A stretch of 64,000 nt of DNA from Candidatus Woesearchaeota archaeon (GTDB taxonomy: Archaea; Nanobdellota; Nanobdellia; UBA10117), in the NCBI GenBank assembly GCA_964354105.1, contig CAYGXM010000001.1, forward strand, positions 85,392-149,391. Reading direction: 5' to 3'. This document shows, piece after piece, positions 27,104 to 36,721 of this stretch. The position numbers and the translations under genes are program-made. The first letter of the stretch is position 1, and the number at the start of each line of letters is the position of its first letter. Below the pieces are notes generated by a model. The model was not told the origin of the DNA. It saw nothing but the letters and a program-made list of their open reading frames with translations, and searched no databases.

Positions 27104-27259
27104 ATGAAATCGTGCATATCCTGCAAAAAATCGACGGAAAATGACCGCTCTGCAGCCAGCTTTAGCTGTCCTGCCTGCAATGAAGCTATAACGAGATGCG
27201 GAAACTGCAGGAAAACTTCAGTTGCTTACAGATGCAAATGCGGTTTTGAGGGTCCATAA
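27104..27259 (+). CDS. small Zn-ribbon protein (the type that precedes aEF-1beta in archaea); not in the supplied ORF track
   Basis: 51-aa ORF MKSCISCKKSTENDRSAASFSCPACNEAITRCGNCRKTSVAYRCKCGFEGP, containing four CxxC/CxC pairs. Confidence 0.6.
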   Translation: MKSCISCKKSTENDRSAASFSCPACNEAITRCGNCRKTSVAYRCKCGFEGP

Positions 27260-27329
27260 TTCTAATGGTACAATTTATCTCAATGTTCACAAACGTTACG
27301 AAAATGCAGGGAGAATTGACATAAATTGT

Positions 27330-27608
27330 ATGGCAGATGTTATTGTAAAGCTAAAAGTAATGCCCTCTGATCCAAGCGCAGATCTGCTTAAAATGCAGAA
27401 GGCCTGTGAAATAGAAATAAAAAAATTCGGTGCTAAAGTCATACACTCTGTAAAGCAGGAGCCTGTTGCTTTCGGCTTGAAAGCTCTGGTAATCATATTC
27501 CTGATTGATGAAAAAATATCAAACATGGATGTTTTGGAAGCAGCCATAAAGAAAATTCATGATGTCCAGTCCGCAGAAATTATTGATGTGAGAAGAGCTT
27601 TGGGCTAG
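27330..27608 (+). CDS. translation elongation factor aEF-1 beta
   Basis: Sequence MADVIVKLKVMPSDPSADL...EPVAFGLKALVIIFLIDE...VQSAEIIDVRRAL; about 92 aa, typical length. Confidence 0.85.
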   Translation: MADVIVKLKVMPSDPSADLLKMQKACEIEIKKFGAKVIHSVKQEPVAFGLKALVIIFLIDEKISNMDVLEAAIKKIHDVQSAEIIDVRRALG

Positions 27609-27704
27609 GGTTATCTCTTGATGTCTGGTTAGACTTTCTATAGCTTTGGGTGAACTTTTGCTGATGTTAGGAACTAACCCGCGAGCGAAGCGAGCTAGCC
27701 TTTA

Positions 27705-27726
27705 GAAACATTTATACATTTATACT
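27705..27726 (+). promoter_or_regulatory. BRE/TATA-like promoter of fen
   Basis: GAAACATTTATACATTTATACT, 29 nt upstream of the ATG. Confidence 0.45.
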
Positions 27727-27739
27727 TTTGTGTTGAGAC

Positions 27740-28735
27740 ATGGGAGTTAACCTTAGAGACCTTTTGATAAAACACAAGTTTGAGCTGGAAGACCTGAATG
27801 GCAAGAAGATAGCAATTGATGCTTTCAATACACTCTATCAATTTCTTTCTATAATTAGGCAGCCAGATGGCCAACCACTGATGGATTCTAAAGGAAATGT
27901 TACTTCACATTTATCTGGCTTGTTTTACAGGACAATCAATCTTTTGGAGGTTGGAGCGAAGCCAGTTTTTGTTTTTGATGGAAAAGCCCCTTTTGAAAAG
28001 GTTTCAGTCCAGGTTTCCAGGGAAGAAATAAGAGAGCAGGCCAGGGCAAAACACGCTGAAGCTCTGGCTGCAGGCCAGCTGGAAGAGGCAAGGAAATATG
28101 CACAGCAAACAGCCAGATTAACAAGGGAAATAATCCAGGAATCTAAAGAACTGATAAGTGCAATGGGCCTGCCATGGGTACAAGCCATGGCAGAAGGCGA
28201 AGCCCAGGCAGCATACATGTGCAGGAAAGGAGATGTTTGGGCGGTTGCATCGCAGGATTATGATGCTTTATTGTTTGCAACAACAAGGTTGGTTAGAAAT
28301 CTGACAATAAGTGGAAGAAGAAAAGTAGATTCAAAAACAATTGCTGTTGAGCCAGAGTTGATAGACTTAGCTGAATGCCTGAATTTCCTGAGCATAGACA
28401 TTGAAAAATTAGTTGAACTTGCCTTGTTGATAGGAACAGATTATAATCCTGGCGGTGTTTCAGGAATAGGGCCTAAAACTGCCCTGAAAGTCATCAAGGA
28501 AGGGAAATTTTCAGATTATTCAGATAAAATTTCAAATGTAGATCGTTTGAAGCAATTATTCCTGAAGCCAACAATAGTAACAGATTATTCTTTGGAGTGG
28601 AAAGCTCCAAATCCAAAAAAGATAAGAGAAATTTTAGTGGAAAAACATGAATTCTCGGAAGAGCGTGTTGATGTTGCCCTGAAGAGACTGGAAAAAGCTC
28701 CTATTTCGCAGAAAGGGCTCGGCGATTTTCTTTAA
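27740..28735 (+). CDS. fen: flap endonuclease 1
   Basis: Motifs MGVNLRDLL..KIAIDAFNTLYQFLS, VFVFDGKAP, SQDYDALLF and LIGTDYNPGGVSGIGPKTA. Confidence 0.95.
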   Translation: MGVNLRDLLIKHKFELEDLNGKKIAIDAFNTLYQFLSIIRQPDGQPLMDSKGNVTSHLSGLFYRTINLLEVGAKPVFVFDGKAPFEKVSVQVSREEIREQARAKHAEALAAGQLEEARKYAQQTARLTREIIQESKELISAMGLPWVQAMAEGEAQAAYMCRKGDVWAVASQDYDALLFATTRLVRNLTISGRRKVDSKTIAVEPELIDLAECLNFLSIDIEKLVELALLIGTDYNPGGVSGIGPKTALKVIKEGKFSDYSDKISNVDRLKQLFLKPTIVTDYSLEWKAPNPKKIREILVEKHEFSEERVDVALKRLEKAPISQKGLGDFL

Positions 28736-29714
28736 ATCTTAAATAAAATTTGCTGGCAAAATATACCAGTATAACTGCAACAGTTGTTAATGCCAATGAA
28801 ATTAAAATTGAAAATGAATCTGCAATTTTCAGTAATTCTAATGGCTTTATTATGAACAAGAAGTGCCCGACGTATATTCCAAAAGCCAGTTTTCCATAAA
28901 CAGCCAGCTTTTTCCACAAGGCAGAGGCAGGGAATTTTTGCCAAAGTGCATACGCTCCTAAAATTATCAAAGCAGGCTCGCCTATCCCCAGCAAGAAGCA
29001 GCTGAATGTCCTGCTGTAAAAGTCCAGTTTTATGCCTGCAAAATGTAGGATAATTGCTGAAACAGTAAATATTAATGCTAGCGCAAGAATTTTTGTTTTG
29101 GGTTTATTGCGTCTTATTAGATTAAAGAACAAAACACCAGCCAGCATAAATGGCAGCAAGTGTGTAACTGAAAACCAGCCGCGCCAAAGCATGCTCTCTA
29201 TAAAATTTACTATAGCACTGGAATGGAAGCTGAATGCTGTTGAAAATAATCCTATTTGAAGCAAGCCTACTCCAAAAATCAGAGCGAGCAGATGCTTGTT
29301 CTTTGGCTTGAATAATAAAATAGCTGCAGTTACGATTGCAGTCAAGCCTAAGCCTTGTATGGCTTCTTCCCAGCCCAGATAAGTTGACAGGCCGAACATG
29401 AACCAAGTGAAAGGTATGCTAAGCAGTACATACTTGCCGTATCTTTTAGTTACATTCCAAAATGTTGTTCCTTTGCTCAAGGCTGAAAATTTATTTAGCA
29501 GCAAAACAACGCTCATTCCAACGACAAAAGTAAATACTCCAAAACAAGGATAAATTGTTACTAAATTAAACTGCGAGTTCGGCAAAATAAAATCTGAATA
29601 TATGCTTTTAGTGGAAAAACGGTCGAATAGCTGGAAAAATATCATAGAGACGATAGCAATTCCTCTGAAAACATCAACGTATTCAAGCCTTTGTTTCATT
29701 TTCAACTTCAGCAA
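28701..29714 (-). CDS. DUF1624/acyltransferase-like polytopic membrane protein
   Basis: N-terminal RLEYVDVFRGIAIVSMIFFQ followed by about 9 TM helices. An alternative start is at 29699. Confidence 0.6.
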   Translation of the reverse strand: MLKLKMKQRLEYVDVFRGIAIVSMIFFQLFDRFSTKSIYSDFILPNSQFNLVTIYPCFGVFTFVVGMSVVLLLNKFSALSKGTTFWNVTKRYGKYVLLSIPFTWFMFGLSTYLGWEEAIQGLGLTAIVTAAILLFKPKNKHLLALIFGVGLLQIGLFSTAFSFHSSAIVNFIESMLWRGWFSVTHLLPFMLAGVLFFNLIRRNKPKTKILALALIFTVSAIILHFAGIKLDFYSRTFSCFLLGIGEPALIILGAYALWQKFPASALWKKLAVYGKLAFGIYVGHFLFIIKPLELLKIADSFSILISLALTTVAVILVYFASKFYLRFKENRRALSAK

Positions 29715-30429
29715 TAGTTTTTACAGTTATGTTGGGATTTTTGATTTGCTCTAAAACCCAATTATAATCTTCTGGCGATAAATCAATATCAGGCCTAGGA
29801 TTATCGCTGACATCATGAATTGCCAAAACAAGCCAGCCACCATTCGATTTCAAATCTTCCAGATATGTTGGCAAAAGCTCCTTGTAATTATTATGTGTTA
29901 AGGCAAGCCCATTAAGCTCAGTTTCATTTTTCATGTCAATAGGGTTTATTCCACCATTTACATTTCTTCGGATTGGATAATATTCTTTTGTGATTTCAGT
30001 ATGGTTTATGTCATTGTAAGGATATGCAAAACTTTCTACAGTTATGTTATGCTGCTCAAGCAAGTCTTTTCCCTGTTTAATTTCAGATTCCCATTCGCTT
30101 TCACTGAGATTGCTTGCTTTTGCATGAGTCAGAGTATGCCCGCCAATCTCATGTCCCCTGTTCTGCAAATCTGAAACCTGCTCCCAGCTCATAACAGGAA
30201 TGTTTTCAAAATAACCGCCTGCAAGCCCTGATGGGAAATAAATTGTTCCATGCCAGCCATATTTTTCCAATTCCAAGGCAGAATTATATTCAGAGACATA
30301 ACCATCATCAAAAGTTATGCTGATTATTGCTTCTTTTGCGTTTTGCTGCGGAATATTATACTGACCAACAAGCAAAAGCCCCATGGCTATGAGAAAGCCC
30401 GCAATTATTGCCGTTGCTAATCTTTTCAT
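29683..30429 (-). CDS. membrane-anchored polysaccharide deacetylase (NodB homology domain)
   Basis: N-terminal TM segment; motifs ISITFDDGY and GGHTLTH. Confidence 0.8.
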   Translation of the reverse strand: MKRLATAIIAGFLIAMGLLLVGQYNIPQQNAKEAIISITFDDGYVSEYNSALELEKYGWHGTIYFPSGLAGGYFENIPVMSWEQVSDLQNRGHEIGGHTLTHAKASNLSESEWESEIKQGKDLLEQHNITVESFAYPYNDINHTEITKEYYPIRRNVNGGINPIDMKNETELNGLALTHNNYKELLPTYLEDLKSNGGWLVLAIHDVSDNPRPDIDLSPEDYNWVLEQIKNPNITVKTIAEVENETKA

Positions 30430-30467
30430 AATTTAAGCTAAAATGATAGAAATTTAAGCTCTACGGT

Positions 30468-31544
30468 TTAGATTAGTTTGCAATTTTCATTGCGCATTAA
30501 AACAGCGTCAACATCTTTTTCAGTTATTTTTGCTAACTTTTTCTTATAATCTACCAAGAATTTTTCTAATTCTTCATATAGTTTTTCTTTTAATTCTGCG
30601 CTTAGAATTTTTCCAGCTTTGTAATCTTTTTCCAATTTATCTGCTTCTTTTTTATCTAGGAAATAAGCAGTTAGATATTTCAAAGCAACATCTTGTTCGG
30701 GAATTCCACCGAGCCTTCTATGCTCTTCAACAGTTCCTCTACCTCCCGAGAAAGCGCGCATAACTTTTTTCTTAACTAATTTTAAATCATCATCTAAAAA
30801 TATCGCAGATTCCGGCCTTGATTTTGACATTTTTTCTCCATCTATGCCAGGCATAAATGCAGAATGTAATACGGAAGGTTTTGGCAAATTAAGTTTACCC
30901 GCAATATCTCTGGATATTCGGATGTGCATATCTTCATCAATAGATATTGGCACGAGAACATGCTTATAGCCTAAATAAAGTGGCAGAAGGATGTGTGCTG
31001 CTTGCACACAAGGATAGAATTGTAATCCAATGTTAACTTCCTCAGAATGCCCGTAAGTTGCTTTTATTGTTGACCGTGTAACTAATCTGGAGAATTTTAT
31101 TGCCAAATTGTAGATTTCTGTATAGATTTGGTCGATTATGAATTTTGTTTTTTTAGGATTAAATCCTATAGCCAATAATTGTTTTACCAAATGTCTGGCG
31201 TTTTTCAAACCCGTTTTTTGGTCTTGAATTTTGCCAGCTAGATATGATTCGTCATCTGATAAAGGGATAAAGACATCAACGTTATATTTTTCCTGGAAAA
31301 ATAAATTCGTATCAAAAACGCCCTTGTGCCCTAAATGCAGTGCAGAACTTGGATTTAGTCCCGAAACAATAGCCACTTTCTCCCCTTTCTTTAGTTTTTT
31401 GAAAAATTCATCAAAATCTCTATGTGAAAATAGCAAGCCCGATTCAAAACCTCGGTATTTAGGAAAATCTTTCAAGTCCTTAGTATAACTAGCTCCAAAT
31501 TCCTTTACTAATCGTTTATGTTCGTCATCAATTGGAATTTTCAT
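30468..31544 (-). CDS. trpS: tryptophan--tRNA ligase (archaeal/eukaryotic type)
   Basis: Class I aaRS motifs SALHLGH (HIGH) and KMSKS. The N-terminal FSHRDFDEF resembles archaeal TrpRS. tRNA-Trp is adjacent. Confidence 0.8.
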   Translation of the reverse strand: MKIPIDDEHKRLVKEFGASYTKDLKDFPKYRGFESGLLFSHRDFDEFFKKLKKGEKVAIVSGLNPSSALHLGHKGVFDTNLFFQEKYNVDVFIPLSDDESYLAGKIQDQKTGLKNARHLVKQLLAIGFNPKKTKFIIDQIYTEIYNLAIKFSRLVTRSTIKATYGHSEEVNIGLQFYPCVQAAHILLPLYLGYKHVLVPISIDEDMHIRISRDIAGKLNLPKPSVLHSAFMPGIDGEKMSKSRPESAIFLDDDLKLVKKKVMRAFSGGRGTVEEHRRLGGIPEQDVALKYLTAYFLDKKEADKLEKDYKAGKILSAELKEKLYEELEKFLVDYKKKLAKITEKDVDAVLMRNENCKLI

Positions 31545-31566
31545 TTTTGTCTCCTAAAGTATAAAG

Positions 31567-31639
31567 TGGGGTGACCCGGATTTGAACCGAGATGTGCCGC
31601 TCTGGAGGCGGCCATACTGCCAGGTTATACTATCACCCC
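31567..31639 (-). tRNA. tRNA-Trp (CCA)
   Basis: Minus-strand read: GGGGTGA-TA-GTAT..GCCGC-CTCCAGA-GCGGC-ACAT-CTCGG-TTCAAAT-CCGGG-TCACCCC-A. Confidence 0.9.
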
Positions 31640-31773
31640 ATTTGTAACGCGTTCTATTAAGATTGCGTTAGTATTTAAATTTGATAAAAATCGGGCTATC
31701 TGTGCGCTTCTTTCAACGCCAAAGATAACCACCTTTTTCCATAAACTTAATACAAAACCGGTGTTTATAAGCC

Positions 31774-32817
31774 TTACTTTACGAGAATATCAAACGTATA
31801 TCTATTTACGCGAGGCGCATAGCTTCCGAATAAGCGCCAGTCCTTGATTACTACTTTTTTGCCGGCACTTTTTGATATGTCCATAATTTTGTCTCTCGTT
31901 TTTTCAAGTCCATCCTCATGTACAAACACAATGAAATGTATCATCGCATTTGGAATTGCATATTTCAAGGCCAAATCTAAGAATTCCCAGTTCTTTTCCG
32001 GGAACGGCATGATTATCCTGTCATACCTTTCTCCTATTTCAGGCAAAACTTTTCTTACATCTCCTTGGATTGCAGTAACAATATGACCAACTCTGTTAAG
32101 TCTGATGTTCTCCTCAGCTAATTTGTGGGCATCAGGGTTAAGCTCTACTGCATAGACTCTGCAGTTTGGCTGGAATTTTGCAATCACAAGAGCATAAGGG
32201 CACACTCCTGAGAACATCACTAAAACATTTTCATTTTTCTTAACAAGCTGTGCTAGCCTTAATCGTTCTCTTGAAGCTCTCGGGCTGAAGTAAACTTTAG
32301 ACAAATCAACTTTCATCAAAACACCATGCTCCTTGTATGTTGTAATGAAGCGTTTTTCACCTGTAATTATCTTTAATGGCTGAACTCTTTCTATTGCAGT
32401 TCTTTTGCCTTCCTTTTTGGCAACAACTTTGATATTTGGAAAAGCTCTTTTGATTGCATGTCCAATTACAAGCTCGAACTTCTCCAGCGATTTTGGAATA
32501 TCTAAAATACAAATGTCTCCAACAGTATCATAGCTTCTTATCAGCTCATCAATTTTCTTTTCTGGAATAATATGCTTTAACAAATCCTTCAGGTTTCCAG
32601 ATGAGGGTGGTAGTGGTTTAAGATTTCTGCGGTCTATTCTTGCAGGAGCAAATTTCTTCACAAGCAGGGATTCGTCAGCTTTTTCGTTTAATGGAAGAAG
32701 GATATATCTTTGTACTGAACGGCCGACTGAGATGTTTGTGGCCAGCCAGCCTTTCTGCATAAGGAATTCCTTTGCCTTTTGCGCAGATTCTTTTTTCAGT
32801 CTGAGACAACGAACCAT
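31774..32817 (-). CDS. trm5: tRNA (m1G37) methyltransferase Trm5/Taw22 family
   Basis: Met-10+-like domain with SAM-binding motif VLVMFSGVCPYAL and the catalytic-loop-like sequence DRIIMPFPE. Confidence 0.75.
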   Translation of the reverse strand: MVRCLRLKKESAQKAKEFLMQKGWLATNISVGRSVQRYILLPLNEKADESLLVKKFAPARIDRRNLKPLPPSSGNLKDLLKHIIPEKKIDELIRSYDTVGDICILDIPKSLEKFELVIGHAIKRAFPNIKVVAKKEGKRTAIERVQPLKIITGEKRFITTYKEHGVLMKVDLSKVYFSPRASRERLRLAQLVKKNENVLVMFSGVCPYALVIAKFQPNCRVYAVELNPDAHKLAEENIRLNRVGHIVTAIQGDVRKVLPEIGERYDRIIMPFPEKNWEFLDLALKYAIPNAMIHFIVFVHEDGLEKTRDKIMDISKSAGKKVVIKDWRLFGSYAPRVNRYTFDILVK

Positions 32818-32849
32818 ATTTAGAAATTTGAAAAGACTCGCTTAAAAAG

Positions 32850-33392
32850 TTATATCCCTTTAGCTCCAAGCTCGCGCTTCTCTGCAGGCAGCTCTTTTTG
32901 CGTTTCAATCTCCATCATCTCAACACCACGAAGGACCGCCATGGTATTTGCGAATTCTTCCCGCATTATCGTCAGCTTCCGAATAAGTACAGACTTCAAT
33001 TGAGCTAACCGTTTGTATTCTTTTATCGTGTCCTTAAGTTGCCTACGCTCTGCTTTGCTGTAGTTGCGTTGGTTGCCGCGCATGGCGTAAGTCATGGCTA
33101 TATTCTGGTCCCATAATTCTCTGTAAGCCTGCATCTCCACACCTTTTGAAAAGGCTCCACCTTCCAGCAATTTACGCTCTTTTTTCATCAATTTCTTTAA
33201 TTCCTTGTCTTTTGCCTTTTCCCTATCTCTTTCGGTTTCAACAGCTTGCATAGTTCCTAGTTCTGCACGATAAGCTTGCATAAAATTCGTAGCGGCTTTT
33301 GCGGCGGCTTGGTGTCCTGTCCGCCAAGCCTTTTGAACTTTGCCAATAAGTTTTCCAAAAACCTTGCCAGCTTTTGCAGCCACGCGAGCCAT
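32850..33392 (-). CDS. hypothetical basic helical protein
   Basis: 180-aa ORF, Lys/Arg/Glu-rich. Confidence 0.45.
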   Translation of the reverse strand: MARVAAKAGKVFGKLIGKVQKAWRTGHQAAAKAATNFMQAYRAELGTMQAVETERDREKAKDKELKKLMKKERKLLEGGAFSKGVEMQAYRELWDQNIAMTYAMRGNQRNYSKAERRQLKDTIKEYKRLAQLKSVLIRKLTIMREEFANTMAVLRGVEMMEIETQKELPAEKRELGAKGI

Positions 33393-33427
33393 ATCTTTTT
33401 TAAAGCAATCACTTTGTTATAAGTTTT

Positions 33428-34177
33428 ATGTTATACTTAATCGGCCTCGGATTGAGCTGGAAAGACCTTAGCATGAAAGCTCTTGAAGCCCTAAGTGTGT
33501 GCGAAGAAATTTATGTTGAAGGATACACATCTGTTGCTGACTTTACGCCACTTCAGCTTCAGAGACTGCTTGGAAAACCAATTCATGTTCTTGATAGAAA
33601 ACAAGTGGAAGAAGAAATGATATTTTTAGGGGATGCAGAAGTCAAAAATGCTGCTCTTTTGATTTATGGCGATCCACTTTCTGCTACAACACATCAGGAA
33701 ATCCTGCAATTAGCAAAGAAAAGAAACATAGAAACAAAAGTAATTCACGCACCATCTATATTTACAGCAATTGCAGAAACAGGCCTTTCTTTGTATAGGT
33801 TTGGAAAAGTTGCTTCTATTCCTATTTCTGAAAAGGGCTTTGAGCCAGAATCCTTCTTTGATATCTTGAAAGGAAATCTCTCAAATGATGCACATACTTT
33901 GTTTTTGCTGGATTTGCGGCCAGCTGACAACAAGTTCTTGACAATTCCAGAGGCCATAAAGCAGCTCCTTGAAATCAGCAAGCGACAAAAAGATACTGAG
34001 ACATTCCACGAAGGTTCAACAGTAGTCGGATGTGCAAGACTGGGCCAAGAAAATTCAATAATAAAAGCAGGCCCTGCAAAAGACATTATGAAAGAGGATT
34101 TCGGGAATCCTCCTTATTGTTTAATTGTTCCAGCCAAGCTAAACCACAAGGAAGAAGAATATCTGCAAAAGATATAA
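33428..34177 (+). CDS. dph5: diphthine synthase
   Basis: Motifs MLYLIGLGL...ALEALSVCEEIYVEGYTS and LIYGDPLSATTH. Confidence 0.9.
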   Translation: MLYLIGLGLSWKDLSMKALEALSVCEEIYVEGYTSVADFTPLQLQRLLGKPIHVLDRKQVEEEMIFLGDAEVKNAALLIYGDPLSATTHQEILQLAKKRNIETKVIHAPSIFTAIAETGLSLYRFGKVASIPISEKGFEPESFFDILKGNLSNDAHTLFLLDLRPADNKFLTIPEAIKQLLEISKRQKDTETFHEGSTVVGCARLGQENSIIKAGPAKDIMKEDFGNPPYCLIVPAKLNHKEEEYLQKI

Positions 34178-34202
34178 AAACTCCTATTTCTCTAATAGCA
34201 GT

Positions 34203-35288
34203 ATGCTTAAGAGAGTGCTAGTGGCTACAGCAGCATCATTAGCAGTATTGCCTGCCGCTCTTGCTGCAGATATAACCTTTTCAAATGTTTTTGATATAAT
34301 CACAGAAACATTAGGCCCGCAAGGCTTTGATTTCCTAACCGCTTTTGGCGTTGTATTTGCAGCGCTTTGGATGGGCATAACTATGCTCCCCATGTTTCAA
34401 AAAGAAGGCCCCACCAAAGCAGCAGGCATACTTTTTGCGGTTATGGGCGGCCTAGGAACTGCTTTTTATGTTTACATGAAACAAATTCCATTTTTGGATA
34501 TAGTTGCTCCATTTTCACTCTTCATAACCTTTACATTGTTTGCACTTTTGATAATTAAAGTAATTCTTGCAGCAAAAGAAGGCGAACTTAAAGGCACAGC
34601 TTTATGGACGATGATTGGATTTGGTGCGTTGATTATGGGTATAGGCCTGTTGGTGGCAAAACAGGGCGCAATAGGTGGCGTGGTAGTTGTAATTGGCATA
34701 ATAATTTTAGCTGGCTCGGGAATATTTTGGCTTGCAGGTAAAGGATGGAAAAACGTGCAATTTGGCAGGCCTCCTGGCAGGAAAACACAATACGAAGCCA
34801 TGGAAGAAGCACTGAAAGCCGTGCGTGAAATAGAATATATACGAAAGAAGCTCAGACTTGATGCGAATCTTGTTCAAACAGCGATTAACACCACTACTAA
34901 AGGTAATGTTAATGCAGCCCTCGCGGAACTTCAGCAAACAGATAGGGACGAAAGAAAACTGGCGAACTTATCTACAGACATAATCAAGAAACTAGAGGCA
35001 GCTGGTGATATTTTGCGAAAATCGCGAAGCCCTCTCATCAATGAAGTACAAGCTGCAATCGCTGAAGTGCGACTTTTGCAGCAGATGGAAGTTACAATTG
35101 TAACTTCTATAGAATATATTGAAAGAGAAACTAGAAGACTAAGGGGACGCAATCCGCAATATTCTACTGCGATTAAGCCATTAGTACAACGTCAATTAAA
35201 CCAATTGCTTACATACCTGCAGAAAGAAGCAAATGTAGCTAGACAGATTGATTTTGTGATTAGAACTATTGAATCTAAATTAGCTTGA
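34203..35288 (+). CDS. polytopic membrane protein with C-terminal cytoplasmic coiled coil
   Basis: Signal-like N-terminus VLVATAASLAVLPAALAA, about 5 TM helices, and a 180-aa helical tail. Confidence 0.5.
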   Translation: MLKRVLVATAASLAVLPAALAADITFSNVFDIITETLGPQGFDFLTAFGVVFAALWMGITMLPMFQKEGPTKAAGILFAVMGGLGTAFYVYMKQIPFLDIVAPFSLFITFTLFALLIIKVILAAKEGELKGTALWTMIGFGALIMGIGLLVAKQGAIGGVVVVIGIIILAGSGIFWLAGKGWKNVQFGRPPGRKTQYEAMEEALKAVREIEYIRKKLRLDANLVQTAINTTTKGNVNAALAELQQTDRDERKLANLSTDIIKKLEAAGDILRKSRSPLINEVQAAIAEVRLLQQMEVTIVTSIEYIERETRRLRGRNPQYSTAIKPLVQRQLNQLLTYLQKEANVARQIDFVIRTIESKLA

Positions 35289-35371
35289 ATTTAAGGTTTT
35301 TTTTAAGTTTTATTTGGCCTAAACATACCGAAACCCTTTTAATTCTTACTTGCAATATAGTAAACATAACT

Positions 35372-35878
35372 ATGGTAGAAAACAAAGATACTTCGTCAAA
35401 AGATAAGGGCCTGGAAGAAAAGCTAGATGAGAAGAATAAGGTAATAGACATTATAAAAAACGCAGAAGGCAAGTACAAAATAAATGAAGACGAAACTGTT
35501 TATTTTTCAAAAGACCACATGTATGTTGTCACAAAAGATAATGATTATTGGGAGCTTAAAGGCTCAATTAAAAAGGACATGGAAGCAAAAATTAAAGCTT
35601 CAAAAGATGGCAAAAAAAGCGATTTAACAAATAAATTAGATGAGGATAAAACTGAAGACGAAGAGCAAGACTACACAGAAGATGAAAGATTATCAAGCGC
35701 CATCCTGAATGCTGGAGTCGGCGATTATGTTGCATACTGGGGTAAAGATGGCAAAATTTACAGGGTTGCAGTCAGTGGCGGCAATGTTGAAGAATTAACT
35801 TCAAACCATGTTGATTATAAAACTACGAAACAAAAGCTGGAAGCAGAGGCAAAATCACACGGAATAACGCTCCAATAA
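35372..35878 (+). CDS. hypothetical Lys/Asp-rich protein
   Basis: ATG at 35372 (MVENKDTSSKDKG) with a TATA-like sequence about 30 nt upstream. Confidence 0.45.
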   Translation: MVENKDTSSKDKGLEEKLDEKNKVIDIIKNAEGKYKINEDETVYFSKDHMYVVTKDNDYWELKGSIKKDMEAKIKASKDGKKSDLTNKLDEDKTEDEEQDYTEDERLSSAILNAGVGDYVAYWGKDGKIYRVAVSGGNVEELTSNHVDYKTTKQKLEAEAKSHGITLQ

Positions 35879-35999
35879 TTGTGTCAATTTAATCCTTAAC
35901 AAAACATTTTAGTTTTCTAAATATGCTGTTTCATACATAATCTTAAATACTTGGATAGCTCTAAAAATAAGTTAGCAAATTTGTTAACAGGTGAAGAAC

Positions 36000-36659
36000 A
36001 TGCCAAATGGTGTAATGCCCATACAGCCACTACAAAATCAAATGCACGTCGCACAACAAAAAATTGCTAGAATACAAACAGATATGGTGTCCCACGCCAC
36101 CAAACTTAATGAATTGGCAAGCAAACTCTATAAGGCCGAACTAACTGCAAGACAAGATTTAGTAGCATCTTTGACTGCAGAACAGCGCCAAATTATGGAT
36201 ACGCAGCAAGCTTTAGAGCAGTTACGAACAGTACAATCGCAATTAGCAACCTTTATACAATCCGTGGTTAATTTTGGCGGAGAGGTTCACGCAGCAGCCA
36301 CACTCCTTTGGCGATTAGCTAGTGCTCCAGCTTCCGTAAAAAGACTCGAATTAAATAGGTTGGAGTATATGGAATCAGATCTGAATGCTAAAGACAATAC
36401 GATAATAAGAGAAGCAGGCGTCTTAGCGAAAGAGATTGCAAAAGTGAAAAAGCTAATCGTAGACATATTAAGGGGCAGGGAAAAACAGCTAGCTGCGGCA
36501 GGGATTAAAAATTTAAACATAGCCCTAACAGAAGCCATAAATCTAAGGGCAGAGATGACTAGAATTAAAGGAGATGTCCTCATGGCAAATGGGCCTATAT
36601 TAGAAGAAACTAGACTAGCAGCGCGCGTCCCACCACCGCTACGCCCAGCGGTCAGATAG
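36000..36659 (+). CDS. hypothetical Gln-rich coiled-coil protein
   Basis: ATG at 36000 (MPNGVMPIQ), preceded by a TATA-like CTAAAAATAAG. Confidence 0.45.
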   Translation: MPNGVMPIQPLQNQMHVAQQKIARIQTDMVSHATKLNELASKLYKAELTARQDLVASLTAEQRQIMDTQQALEQLRTVQSQLATFIQSVVNFGGEVHAAATLLWRLASAPASVKRLELNRLEYMESDLNAKDNTIIREAGVLAKEIAKVKKLIVDILRGREKQLAAAGIKNLNIALTEAINLRAEMTRIKGDVLMANGPILEETRLAARVPPPLRPAVR

Positions 36660-36721
36660 GTCTTTAAATTTGAAGCTAGGAATTAGAAACCTTTTTATTT
36701 GTAATTGTTCACTATATAGAA

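Noticed and set aside
27064-27180. N-terminal 39-aa extension of the DedA ORF
   Set aside because: The extension overlaps the well-formed Zn-ribbon ORF on the other strand. The DedA core begins after the internal Met (MVFGLASF).
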